The notes under the pieces: model-generated
What the model was told of the DNA's origin: nothing
The model's input: the letters and a program-made list of their open reading frames with translations, nothing else
The model's database searches: none
Assembly (NCBI GenBank): GCA_963921275.4
Contig: OZ001293.3
Span: forward strand, 6,624,001 to 6,688,000
Length of the DNA stretch: 64,000 bases
From: an uncultured Hormoscilla sp.
Lineage (GTDB): Bacteria > Cyanobacteriota > Cyanobacteriia > Cyanobacteriales > Desertifilaceae
Reading direction: 5' to 3'
Translations under genes and position numbers: made by a program
Shown here: piece by piece, positions 13,065 to 23,483 of the stretch
How positions within the stretch are numbered: the first letter of the stretch is position 1
Layout of the letters: each line of letters begins with the position of its first letter

Positions 13065-14891
13065 TAGACATCTCCAAAATAGAAATTTATGCTATAATAA
13101 GATTTGAAAATTTAATTTTGTGACGAGTATTACCTGGACATATTTGCAAGCCAAGCCTAAAGAAGCAAAACGGCTCATCGGTATCAGCTATGAAAACTTA
13201 ATACAACTTATTGCAATTGCTGTTGGATAAAAATCATAAAGAAAAGGTGGAAGAACACAAAACTAGATTGATACGTAGTGGGGGCGAAACCTAAATTATT
13301 AGTAGAAGAGCAAATAAACTTTGATGTGTCAAGGATTAACATTCCAAGTATTAGGTATACTTTTTGGGTGAAAGCTAATGATATTTTTAATTATTGGCAA
13401 GATCTTTTCCGCTTTGCCGTTTACTTGAACAAAAAAAATGGAGAAGATGAAGAATATTTATCCAAACACAGAATATGAGTTGATAGTCGATAGCGCAAGC
13501 CATATCAAGACCTAAAGACTATGAAGAGCAGAAAAAGTTTTACTCAGGTAAGAAGAAATACTTTGAAAAATCAATGTTTTACCTGGTAGCGAAGCGTGCA
13601 GATCTTGTCGATGTTGTATCTGGAGAAAGAGGCCCTGCAAGCGATATAAATCTTGCGAGCGTCGTTTTCGATCCAGATCAAATTTTTGCAGGGGATAAAG
13701 CCTATATTGGAGAACCTCAAATAAAAACAACCGAAAAAACAGGAATTAACAGCTAAACAAAAAGAAGAAAATAGAGATTTTTCTTCCCGTTTTCGTTGAA
13801 CACGTCATAAGATTGGTTTTTCCGGGTTGCCAGCGAGCGATTTCGGTTAAATATTGATAAATATGAATCGGTAATTTCGACAAGTTGTGGGTTGGTTAGA
13901 TTGCGCGAATTTTAGAAGTATTAGAATCTGTTGATAGCTCTGAAAAACTTGAGATTAACCAGTACCACCTTTGGAGCTCTTTATTAACAGGAAATCTATC
14001 AAACCGATTCTGCCGTTTGAGTAACATATGTGAGCATGGGAGGTAGAGCTTAAAACCCAGAGCTGACAAGGGTTTTGTGCGATTCGTTCTCGCCTAACCT
14101 GGTCAAACACGGAAAAGCTGGCCTAGGAAACTAGGAACTCTGGTTCTCATGGGGGTTCAATTCCCCTCCCCCAGGCACGGGGGTGACACCGATCCTCGGT
14201 GCTGCGGAGTCACATCGCCGTAGTGCTAAGCGAGGACAAATGTAGGATCAACTGGCAGCCCTTACCGGTGACGCCACTAGGAAAGATGCTCATGGTTAGA
14301 ACAAGCGAACCTATGTATAAACCTCGTGAAGTCAAACCAGCGAAATAAGGCTTTAAGCGCTGGCCCAAAAAGGGAAATGGTAGTTTGTGTTGGTTTTGAA
14401 ATCTGGTCAACAACGTGCTCAAATAACTCCCGGGGAATAGTAGGAACCTAAAAGCATCGCGCTCCGGAGACTAGGGAACGAAGTAACCTCTTGTGTGCTG
14501 TCCCCATTTGGACAAGTTAGATGTAAAACGCAAGCCACGGGGGGAAAGATGGCCCGAAAAGCCAATGCCCAGGGTAACGCCTGTGGATATGCTGACGCGG
14601 GTCGGTGAAAGTAGTCCATCTCGGGCAAAAGTACCCTTAACACGCCCCAATGCTCCTCGTAGGGCGGGATTACTGGTAAAACAGACTTGCAAATGGTAAT
14701 ACTAAAGGTTATCTGGCAGCGCCACTTACCAACCAAGAAAGGGGAGAAATTACATGAGATGAGGGGCAACGGGAGTAATCCCTAACTGTTCTAAGGACAA
14801 GCCCCAGCGGTGAAAGTCGCAAGTCCGGTTCCGAATGGGAGGGTTGGAAAGCGATTTCCAGCTCGACCCCGACTATTTTTGGAGATGTCTA
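13065..14891 (+). mobile_element. Degraded IS5-like element carrying intron H near its right end
   Basis: TIRs tagacatctccaaaa; fragments LIVDS, GPASDI, GDKAYIGE, FVEHVI. Confidence 0.75.
14077..14874 (+). mobile_element. ORF-less group II intron H (DV 5' strand deleted)
   Basis: GTGCGATTCGTTCT start; ends cgaccccgact; homologous to E, F and G. Confidence 0.88.
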
Positions 14892-14981
14892 TTATCACAT
14901 CCCCGTTGCGATCGCTACTGTGACCGTTCCTTCCGCCTTCCGTGATTTTCCTCTCGGCGTCTCCACTCACATCACCGGTTG

Positions 14982-15911
14982 TTAGCGTTGGATAAAGTTG
15001 CGCGGTCCGGTATATCCAGACAAATCAGCGAGTTTGGACAAGGATTGCACGCCGGAATATAATTGGCCGTTGATTTCCCAAGTCGGAAAGCCCGTTATCC
15101 CAACGGTCTTGCAGAGTTCTGTCTGGGAAGAAAGCCCATCGGGCGCACATTCTATATAGTTGAGCAGACTCGCGGCTTCCGAACCAAACATCTGTTTCTG
15201 CTCGTGGCAGTGGGGACACCAGTAGGCACTATACTTTTTGGCCCTGATGTTTTTCAGATGACGGGCCAGAGCAATTTCTGCTGGTCCGGAAGTGGTAGTA
15301 ACTATTGGCGGTGCCTTTCGGTCTGTGACTGCGGGATTATTAACGATGGTGGGATTATCAACGTTGGCATAGACCCCTAAGGCCCCCACTAATGTCACAA
15401 TACCTACTACAACTCCAGTAAACAATAGCTGGCCGATGTCTTCCCAAGGGCGGCCAACCAAGGTCAGGACCAACATGCTCCCAGACAATAAAGCTGAGAC
15501 AACGCAGTAAGGACAGAAAGCCTCAATCTTGAAGGCCATGATATACATTAGGTAGCTGCTACCCACCGCCATCGCCGTGCCCCCCCCAAACAGCAGCAGC
15601 CAAGTCCAGCGTTCCAGGTTGTGCCGTAGTTCCTTGTTTTTGTCTGCATTAACTAGCAGGGGAGCGATCGCCATAATGGCCATGCTGGTGTAGCCTAGAA
15701 AGCCAAATAGGGTTAAAGGCTGTCCCAAAACGGTGGCATAGGGACTGGAAAGGACTTCCTTGCAGCCACTGGTAGGGCAGACAGCCGCAGCACTTCCCGT
15801 CAGTTCAGCTACCGTGAGCAAGGCAGTTTCTAAGGCTCCTATTATGGCGATCGCCCCGAGTAGCGGACGTGACCGACGATGCATTGGATTTGTAGAACGA
15901 CTCCGTTTCAT
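14982..15911 (-). CDS. Vitamin K epoxide reductase-thioredoxin fusion (SynDsbAB-like)
   Basis: CPTSGC..VLSSPYA, FCPYC, YWCPHC, GFPTWEING. Confidence 0.93.
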   Translation of the reverse strand: MKRSRSTNPMHRRSRPLLGAIAIIGALETALLTVAELTGSAAAVCPTSGCKEVLSSPYATVLGQPLTLFGFLGYTSMAIMAIAPLLVNADKNKELRHNLERWTWLLLFGGGTAMAVGSSYLMYIMAFKIEAFCPYCVVSALLSGSMLVLTLVGRPWEDIGQLLFTGVVVGIVTLVGALGVYANVDNPTIVNNPAVTDRKAPPIVTTTSGPAEIALARHLKNIRAKKYSAYWCPHCHEQKQMFGSEAASLLNYIECAPDGLSSQTELCKTVGITGFPTWEINGQLYSGVQSLSKLADLSGYTGPRNFIQR

Positions 15912-15920
15912 AATCCTCTC

Positions 15921-16411
15921 CTAAAATTGGCGCGATCCCCGGTAGCCTGATAAATTTGCTAGTTTTTCCAGAGATTGCGTGCCCGTGTATAATTTGCCAT
16001 TGATTTCCCATGCCTCCATCTCAGCTGCTTGGCAGACCTCTGCTGGGCGGGCCCAATGACCATTAGGCGAACATTCTATATAGTCGAGCTGGGCGATCGC
16101 CTGTTTGCCAAATGCTTCATTTTCTGCTTATGGCAGTGATGGCACCAATATGCGCCATACATCTTGGCTCCTATTTGCTGGAGATGTTGCGCCAGCGCTA
16201 TTTTAGCAGGACTTGAAGTTCTCCTAATGGGTTTTCCTCTATATCTCGAAGAGGATGCCACCGCCGGCACCCCAACAGTCCTTTCCCATACTACCGTACC
16301 GCAGAGGGCGATCGTTCCAAGGGCGATCGCGCCCATCAATAGCGATATCCACCGGCGATGGCGATTAATCCAGCAAGTGAATGGTCGATCCGGAGCGCAG
16401 CGTTCTCCCAT
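15921..16411 (-). pseudogene. Frameshifted paralog of the VKOR-type thioredoxin domain
   Basis: IALAQHL..IGAKMYGAYWCHHCHKQK, then other frames give YIECSPNG and WEINGKLY. Confidence 0.7.
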
Positions 16412-16670
16412 GAGTTTAGGAAAGCCCGAGCAAACAAATTTTCCTCAATCATTATAACACAGGCGAAATTCAACTATTCACCACGGCACTCTAGCCTATG
16501 CATCTCTATCCATTTTGAACCGCCCGTGATGTCTGTAAACTCTCTCTGGGAGAGACTTACATGCTATATACTGTAGCAGCAGTCCTAACTTATATTATCC
16601 TTTTTTGACAAAAGGGTATTAGGCATGATATGAAAAACAGCAGATTAAGTATATCGGGTAGCAGCTCGCT

Positions 16671-17981
16671 ATGAATGTGAATTTACAGACTTCAGATCCA
16701 GAGGTGTTTGCGATTATCAATCGAGAAAGCCAGCGTCAAAGAGATAACATTGAATTAATTGCGTCTGCTAACTTTACTAGCTGTGCTGTTCTGGAAGCAA
16801 CCGGTTCAATCCTGACCAACAAGGTGGCTGAAGGGTATCCCGGACGGCGCTACTTTAGCGGCTGCGAGAATATAGATGAACTGGAAAACTTGGCCATTGA
16901 ACGAGCAAAACAATTATTTGCAGCTGCCTATGCTAATCTCGAACCATACACCGGTTCCCAGGCAAATCACGCGGTTTACCTTACCGTACTCAAAAGGGGC
17001 GATCGCATCTTAGGGATGGATCCTTGTCATGGGGGTCATCCGAGCCATGGTGCGAAATTTACCATGACAGGTGAGCACTATGACTGTCATTTTTATCAAG
17101 TAGATCCAGATACCGAGCGTCTAGACTACGATCGCATTGAAGCCAAAGCGAAAGAGATTCGTCCTCAACTGATTATTGCTGGTGCGAGTGCCTATCCCCG
17201 CATCATTGATTTCCAACGCTTTCGGGAGATTGCTGATGCAGTCGGCGCGTTTTTATTGGCTGATATGGCCCACATCTGCGGATTAGTTGCCACTGGATTA
17301 CATCCTTCTCCCATTCCCCACGCTCATTTCGTCACCACTAGCACCCAGAAAACCTTGCGCGGACCGCGCAGTGGTATGATATTGCTGGGCGAACATTCCG
17401 CACCAGAATTTGCTCGCAAGATTGACAGATCCGTCTTTCCTGGGGTACAAGGCGCTGTTCACGTCCATGCGATCGCTGCTAAAGCGGTGATGCTAAAAGA
17501 AGCCATGTCTGGCAGCTTTGCGGCCTATCAACTTCAAACCCTCGAAAATACCAGGATATTAGCAGAAGATTTGATAGCAAGGGGATTTCACCTGGTTTCT
17601 GGCGGTACGGATAACCATCTGATGCTTCTGGATCTACGAGATAAAGGCATCACCGGTAAGGAGGCTGAAGATCGCTTAGCTAGCGTCAGGATTACCGTCA
17701 ATAAAAACATGCTTCCCTACGATTCCCAGAAGGTTACAGTATGCAGCGGCATCCGGGTAGGAACAGCCGCAATTACAACTAGGGGATTTGGTTCCAAGGA
17801 AATGCATTGCATTGCCGATCTGATCGATAAAATGCTGAGCAGCGAACCGACGGTTAGCACCATCACCAAGGTTCGAGAGGAAGTCAGTCGATTGTGCCAC
17901 CAACATCCTCACATCGATTCGATTTACTCAGAAGAGGGGGCAAAATTTACCCTCGAATCCCAATACCAACTTCAAAGTTAA
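16671..17981 (+). CDS. glyA: Serine hydroxymethyltransferase-family PLP enzyme (divergent)
   Basis: ELIAS, EGYPGRRY, ADMAH, KTLRGPR, SGGTDNH, NKN, SGIRVGT; several active-site substitutions. Confidence 0.85.
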   Translation: MNVNLQTSDPEVFAIINRESQRQRDNIELIASANFTSCAVLEATGSILTNKVAEGYPGRRYFSGCENIDELENLAIERAKQLFAAAYANLEPYTGSQANHAVYLTVLKRGDRILGMDPCHGGHPSHGAKFTMTGEHYDCHFYQVDPDTERLDYDRIEAKAKEIRPQLIIAGASAYPRIIDFQRFREIADAVGAFLLADMAHICGLVATGLHPSPIPHAHFVTTSTQKTLRGPRSGMILLGEHSAPEFARKIDRSVFPGVQGAVHVHAIAAKAVMLKEAMSGSFAAYQLQTLENTRILAEDLIARGFHLVSGGTDNHLMLLDLRDKGITGKEAEDRLASVRITVNKNMLPYDSQKVTVCSGIRVGTAAITTRGFGSKEMHCIADLIDKMLSSEPTVSTITKVREEVSRLCHQHPHIDSIYSEEGAKFTLESQYQLQS

Positions 17982-18045
17982 TCCCTTTCCCCAGCTCTTC
18001 TTTGCTTTGACTGCACATCGAAAAGATCAGAGATAAGTAGATTCT

Positions 18046-18936
18046 ATGACCACAACAGCCAACTCCGATTTTTCCGGAACGGTACAAGCCACAGAACGCG
18101 CCCGAGTACATTACAATAGTGAAAATGCACGGCTGGCGCCGCGCTGTCGCGATCGGAATTTGTATGAAATTGCCATTGGCAGCGACACATTAAATTTAGG
18201 CATGTACGAGGACGATCCAGACCGCTCCATTGCAGATGGTATGGCCAAAACCACTGAATGGATGGCAGAACAAGCGGAAAACCTCAATGCAGATTTCCGC
18301 GTCCTCGACCTAGGCGCCGGATATGGACCGGCGGCACGACATTTGGCCGGGAAATATGGCTGTCACGTCACCTGTCTCAATATTAGTGAAGAGCAAAATC
18401 AGGAAAATGAGCGGCGCAATCGCGAACGGGGTCTTGATAATCTGATTGACATTGTGTTCGGCAATTTTAAGGAAATTCCTTTTGACGATGCCAGTTTCGA
18501 TCTAGTATGGTCTCAGGATGTCCTGTTTCACACTGACGGACAAGATCGAGTCCTAGAAGAAGCCTATCGGGTACTCAAACCAGGGGGACAGTTACTGTTC
18601 ATGGATATTCTGCAAGCAGATGATTGTCCAGATGGAGCATTAAAGGATTCACTCGGGCGGGTTAATATTCTTCACGAGCGTATAGGCTCTTTCCATTCCT
18701 ATACCAGTAAAGCCGAAAGCCTGGGTTTTGAAACCATCAAGGTGATCGACAAATCCTACCAGTTGCTGGTCCATTACGCGAAATTGAGGGATTCTGTAAT
18801 AGAACATTACGAGGAACTCAGCCAAAAATGTACCCCAGAATTTTTGGAGTCTTCTAAGAATGGCTTATGTCAATGGGTGGAATCGGCTGAGAAAGGTATG
18901 TTTAAATGGGGTCTATTTCATTTTCGCCGTCCATAA
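18046..18936 (+). CDS. Sarcosine/dimethylglycine N-methyltransferase-like SAM methyltransferase
   Basis: VLDLGAGYG, CLNISEEQN, WSQD, RVLKPGG, WGLFHFR. Confidence 0.85.
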   Translation: MTTTANSDFSGTVQATERARVHYNSENARLAPRCRDRNLYEIAIGSDTLNLGMYEDDPDRSIADGMAKTTEWMAEQAENLNADFRVLDLGAGYGPAARHLAGKYGCHVTCLNISEEQNQENERRNRERGLDNLIDIVFGNFKEIPFDDASFDLVWSQDVLFHTDGQDRVLEEAYRVLKPGGQLLFMDILQADDCPDGALKDSLGRVNILHERIGSFHSYTSKAESLGFETIKVIDKSYQLLVHYAKLRDSVIEHYEELSQKCTPEFLESSKNGLCQWVESAEKGMFKWGLFHFRRP

Positions 18937-19018
18937 GTAAGTTTTTGTCGATCGATAGGTAATAGTAGGGTGGGGAATGCCCACCCTACTCCCTGTGGTG
19001 TATTTTAAAGTACAGAAC

Positions 19019-19829
19019 ATGAATGCTCAAGAAGTTGTCAAAACTAATCAGAACTTGAAATACCAGTACGATAATGACATAGCCGATGTGTTTGAAGAGT
19101 ACCTCCAGACCGACTATCGGAGGGCCGCAAAGGAGCTATTTGTAGCAGCGGTTGGTGATGTGGAGGGTCAACGGGTACTAGAGCTATCCTGCGGAACCGG
19201 CTCCATCGCGCGAGGACTCAAGCAGGCTTATTCGTCAGCGAGCATTGTTGGCAGCGATATCAGCAGTGGAATGATCGCCAAGGCACAGGAAATAGAAGCT
19301 GCCGAGCCTTTGGGGATTCAATATCTCGTGGGGGATGCCATGACCCAGGGAGCTGTGGACGGTGGCAACTATGATGTCGTGGTTGCCCACTGCCTGTTTT
19401 GTTATGCCAAGGACAAGACAGAACTCCGGAGTATGGTGCAAACTTGTTATGATAACCTCCGTCCAGGGACGTCTGGTTTTAGCGGTTAATAATGATGTAT
19501 GGACGCGAACAAGCATAAAGCGGCCTTACAGAGCGGGCGTTTCCATCTTTCAGGCTTCAACCAGTGGGCGCGACCCTGCAGACACTCAGGAAGGCGAGCA
19601 GTGCGAGTGTAATGTGAAGCTACCAGACGGGCAAATGGAGACATCTTGGCATTATCACTGGGAAGAGCAAACCTGCCTACAGATGCTCTCAAGCGTCGGT
19701 TTTTCCCAAGCAAAGCTCGAACCTTTCACTCTGGAACTTGTGCCAGCTTCTCAGAGGTTCGATCCTGGATATACATCCTTTGTTGATTTTCCCTTCTCAA
19801 CCATTCTTCGTGCGTGGAAACCAGAGTAG
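19019..19829 (+). pseudogene. Class I SAM methyltransferase, frameshifted near 19468
   Basis: VLELSCGTG, GSDISSGMI; NLRPG|RLVL split across frames at a short G run. Confidence 0.75.
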
Positions 19830-20058
19830 TAATCAAGAACAGGACTATTGCCCAACTTCGGGAAAAATGATATAGCAGTTCTCAGATTAGTGTGATATGT
19901 TGTAGGAGATTGCTTCGGGGGGTAACTCTAGAAAAGCATAAGTTACTCGCTAGTCTCCCCCCCTCGCAATGACAAATAAACGATTATGCTGTACCACATC
20001 AATTTTAAAAATGCTATAACCAACCATCAATTATCAGAAATTGCTTAGAAATACTGTA

Positions 20059-21393
20059 ATGAACGCTCAAGAAATTGTCAAAACTCATCGCAACCACGTC
20101 TTTTTTTCCTGGGTACCTCAGAAAAATATCCAAAATCCCATAGTTATGGATCGTGCTGAGGGGGTTTACTTCTGGGATAAAGACGGCAAAAAGTACCTGG
20201 ATTTTTCCAGCCAGTATGTCAATATGAATATTGGCCACAGTCACCCCAAGGCGATCGCAGCCATAAAAGACCAAGCCGATCGACTCGCGTTCGCCCATCC
20301 GGGTACGGCCACAGAAATTCGTGCGGCAACAGCAGCTAAGTTAGCTGAAATTACACCAGGGGATCTGAGCAAGGTTTTCTTTACCCTGAGTGGGGCTGAA
20401 GCGATTGAAAATGCCATTAAAATAGCCCGTATGTATACGGGACGGCATAAAATAGTTAGCCGATATCGCAGCTATCATGGCGCTACCCTCGGTGCCGCGA
20501 TCGCGGGAGGAGACCCCAGACGCTTAGCTCACGAACCTACTATTAGCGGGATAGTTCGGGTTCACGACCCCTATGCCTACCGTTGCCCTTTTGGCTACGC
20601 ACCGGAAGGAAATCCCCAAGTTTACATCGATCACGTGATTCAAACCATTGAGTTTGAGGGGCCCGAAAACGTGGCGGCGATCCTGATGGAAACTATTACT
20701 GGTTTCAACGGCGTTATTATTCCCCCCGATGGTTACTGGCAAGCCCTGCGGGAATATGCTGACCAGCACGGCATCTTGCTGATTTGTGACGAAGTTATAG
20801 CAGGATTTGGTCGCACGGGGAAAATGTTTGCGATCGAGCATTATGGAGTGGTTCCCGATATTATGGCGATGGCTAAGGGACTCACCTGCGGGTATATTCC
20901 TATGGGTGCGGTGATAGTACGACAGCAAATCGCCGATTATTTTGAAACCAACCCCTTTGTTTGCGGGCTTACCTTTAGCGGTCATCCCATCGGTTGCGCT
21001 GTTGCCCTGGCGACAATGGAGGTTTATGAAGAAGAAAATCTGGTGGAAAATAGCCGGCTTATGGGAATACGCATGGCAGAAAAGCTAGAGGAAATGAAGG
21101 CCAAGCATCCATCGGTGGGAGATGTCCGCAGTTTAGGACTTTATGGAGTCATAGAATGCGTGAAGAATCGAGAAACACGAGAACCGATGGCCCCTTGGAA
21201 TGCCAAACCCCACGAAATGGTGGTTATGGGTAAAGTTGCTGCCCGTCTTCGGGAGCTGGGTCTGCACGGTCTCGTGCGCTGGAACTGGGTGTTTATGTCC
21301 CCCCCACTTTGCATCAATGAAGAGCAGCTTGAAGAAGGCTTTGCTATAATTGACGATGCTTTGAAAATTGCTGATGCCGCCTACGTTGGTTAA
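20059..21393 (+). CDS. Class III PLP aminotransferase
   Basis: GKKYLDF, SYHGAT, LICDEVIAGFGRTG, PDIMAMAKG. Confidence 0.93.
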   Translation: MNAQEIVKTHRNHVFFSWVPQKNIQNPIVMDRAEGVYFWDKDGKKYLDFSSQYVNMNIGHSHPKAIAAIKDQADRLAFAHPGTATEIRAATAAKLAEITPGDLSKVFFTLSGAEAIENAIKIARMYTGRHKIVSRYRSYHGATLGAAIAGGDPRRLAHEPTISGIVRVHDPYAYRCPFGYAPEGNPQVYIDHVIQTIEFEGPENVAAILMETITGFNGVIIPPDGYWQALREYADQHGILLICDEVIAGFGRTGKMFAIEHYGVVPDIMAMAKGLTCGYIPMGAVIVRQQIADYFETNPFVCGLTFSGHPIGCAVALATMEVYEEENLVENSRLMGIRMAEKLEEMKAKHPSVGDVRSLGLYGVIECVKNRETREPMAPWNAKPHEMVVMGKVAARLRELGLHGLVRWNWVFMSPPLCINEEQLEEGFAIIDDALKIADAAYVG

Positions 21394-21421
21394 TAAGCCC
21401 ATCACGATATGAAATAGGAGA

Positions 21422-22282
21422 GTGACCATGCGGATTGGATTTATTGGTCTTGGTAATATGGGCAGTGGGATGGTTGCTAATCTGCTCGCTCGAGGGTTTG
21501 ATGTTTCAGTGTACGATATCCAACCAGAAAAAGCAGAAGCCTTAATAGCAGCTGGAGCTGTTTGGCGCAATTCTATCCCGGAGGTGACAGAGGATGCTGA
21601 TGTCATTATGACCAGTCTGCCAGGACCGAAGCAACTGGAATCTGTGATGTTGGGAGATGCTGGAGTTATTGCTCGCGCAAGATCGGGAGCGGTTTGGCTC
21701 GATACGGGAACCAATTCAATAGAAATCATGGAAAAGATTTCGACCCTTGCTGGAGAACGAGACATCTCCTCTATTGCTGCGCCTGTTTCAGGGGGGGCAA
21801 AGGGGGCTGAAACTGGTACTCTATCCATGTTTGTTGGCGGCGATCGAGAGACCTTTGACAAAATTAAAGGGATATTGGAAGCCATTGGTTCCCAAATTTA
21901 TCATGTGGGGCCACTTTCCCATGCCATCCTTTCCAAGTTGTTGATCAATTATCTGTGCTTCATTAATACCAAAGCCCTGGGCGAGGTACTGTCCTTGGGC
22001 AGAGAAGCAGGAATTGACCCGCAGCAACTGACAAAGATGATTCAAGCGGGTTCGGGGAGTAGCTGGGTGGCAGAAAAATTGCTTCCTTCTATTTTAGAAG
22101 GGAATCCAGGACCTGCTTTTACCTTGAACTTAGCTCACAAGGATGCCTGTTTGATTGATGAACTCAATCAAACATTTAAAACATCTTTAGAATTTTCAGA
22201 GCGTCTGTCTGAGGTATTACGACAGGCTTGTGCGACCTATGGTGGGGATAAAAGTTTTACTCGGATGATGGACTTGCAGTAG
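21422..22282 (+). CDS. NAD(P)-dependent oxidoreductase, beta-hydroxyacid dehydrogenase family
   Basis: IGFIGLGNMG, APVSGG, SKLLIN, FTLNLAHKD. Confidence 0.9.
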   Translation: MTMRIGFIGLGNMGSGMVANLLARGFDVSVYDIQPEKAEALIAAGAVWRNSIPEVTEDADVIMTSLPGPKQLESVMLGDAGVIARARSGAVWLDTGTNSIEIMEKISTLAGERDISSIAAPVSGGAKGAETGTLSMFVGGDRETFDKIKGILEAIGSQIYHVGPLSHAILSKLLINYLCFINTKALGEVLSLGREAGIDPQQLTKMIQAGSGSSWVAEKLLPSILEGNPGPAFTLNLAHKDACLIDELNQTFKTSLEFSERLSEVLRQACATYGGDKSFTRMMDLQ

Positions 22283-22295
22283 GAAGGAGAAAGCG

Positions 22296-23483
22296 ATGAG
22301 TCATGGTAAATTGGTGATGGACCTTTCCCAAGGGATATACAAGCTATCCAAAGTCCAACAAGACAACAGCAAGCTGTTCGTCTATTGGGGCGACGGTCAT
22401 CGGAGTACCTTTCACTATATTTGGCTAAGGGATAACTGTTATTGCACTCTGTGCGGGAACCCTAGACATGGAGAAAAGCGTTTTCGGATCGTTGATGTTC
22501 CCTTAGACATAGAACCACTGTCAGTTCATGTAGATAGTGACAACACACTTAAAATCTCATGGTCACCCGACAACCATAACAGCGTTTATGATGCTCGGTG
22601 GTTGCGACAGCACTGCTATTCTGCGACCGAGAGAGAGCATCGCCAGCATCGACCCATTCTTTGGGATAGCAAGATTGTAACTAGCCTGCCGCAGATTGCC
22701 TATGAACAAGTCCTCGGTGGAGATGCGGGTCGGTTGCAACTGCTAGAACATCTGAGAAATTATGGGATTTGTTTTGTGCGAAACGTACCTCCTCAAACGG
22801 TCGAACTCGAAGGATTCGCCCAGTCATTTGGTCCCTTATTAGAGACTAATTACGGACGTATGTTCGAGATTGTTGTAGACCCAGAGTCAAGCCAGAAAAG
22901 TGTTGCAAACTCCCAACTTGACCTCATACTCCACACGGATGATGCCTATCAATATGCACCACCGGGAATTATTTTCTTCCATTGTATAATGGCAAATGAC
23001 GATGGCAGCGGTCAGTCTACCTTTGTGGATGGCTTTAAAATAGCAGAGGTGCTATGTCAGGAGGATTCGGAGGCGTTCGATATACTCTGTCGTTACGAGG
23101 TTCCTTTCCGAAAATATTACAGCGATCGCATTGATATGCAGTTTAGCAGTCCGGTTTTTGGCTTAGATAGTGGTGGTAATTTGAAGGAAGTTCGGATTAG
23201 CAATCTATTTCCCGCTCCCTTGGACTTGCCAGAGGAGATTATCGAGCCATTTTATGCCGCATACAGAAAGCTAATGCAGCTGATTACCGATCCAAGATAC
23301 TGCCTGAAACAAGGTATGCAACCAGGAGACCTGGTGATATTTGATAACCATCGTATCCTGCACGGGCGCACTGCAATCGGGAGGCAAAATCAGCGCCGCC
23401 ATTTGCGCTACTGTTCGGTAGACTGCGACTATTTCCATAGCTGGCGACGACTTCTTGAGAAGAATCTCAGCTTTCGGGGATAG
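22296..23483 (+). CDS. Gamma-butyrobetaine/trimethyllysine dioxygenase-like Fe(II)/2OG enzyme
   Basis: WLRDNCYCTLC N-terminal Zn domain, HTD, FVDGF, FDNHRILHGR. Confidence 0.9.
   Translation: MSHGKLVMDLSQGIYKLSKVQQDNSKLFVYWGDGHRSTFHYIWLRDNCYCTLCGNPRHGEKRFRIVDVPLDIEPLSVHVDSDNTLKISWSPDNHNSVYDARWLRQHCYSATEREHRQHRPILWDSKIVTSLPQIAYEQVLGGDAGRLQLLEHLRNYGICFVRNVPPQTVELEGFAQSFGPLLETNYGRMFEIVVDPESSQKSVANSQLDLILHTDDAYQYAPPGIIFFHCIMANDDGSGQSTFVDGFKIAEVLCQEDSEAFDILCRYEVPFRKYYSDRIDMQFSSPVFGLDSGGNLKEVRISNLFPAPLDLPEEIIEPFYAAYRKLMQLITDPRYCLKQGMQPGDLVIFDNHRILHGRTAIGRQNQRRHLRYCSVDCDYFHSWRRLLEKNLSFRG

Noticed and set aside
18046..18936. Calling the operon glycine betaine or DMSP synthesis
   Set aside because: No GSMT or decarboxylase partner is seen, and the WGGEDIH pocket motif is replaced by IGSDTLN; the substrate cannot be assigned
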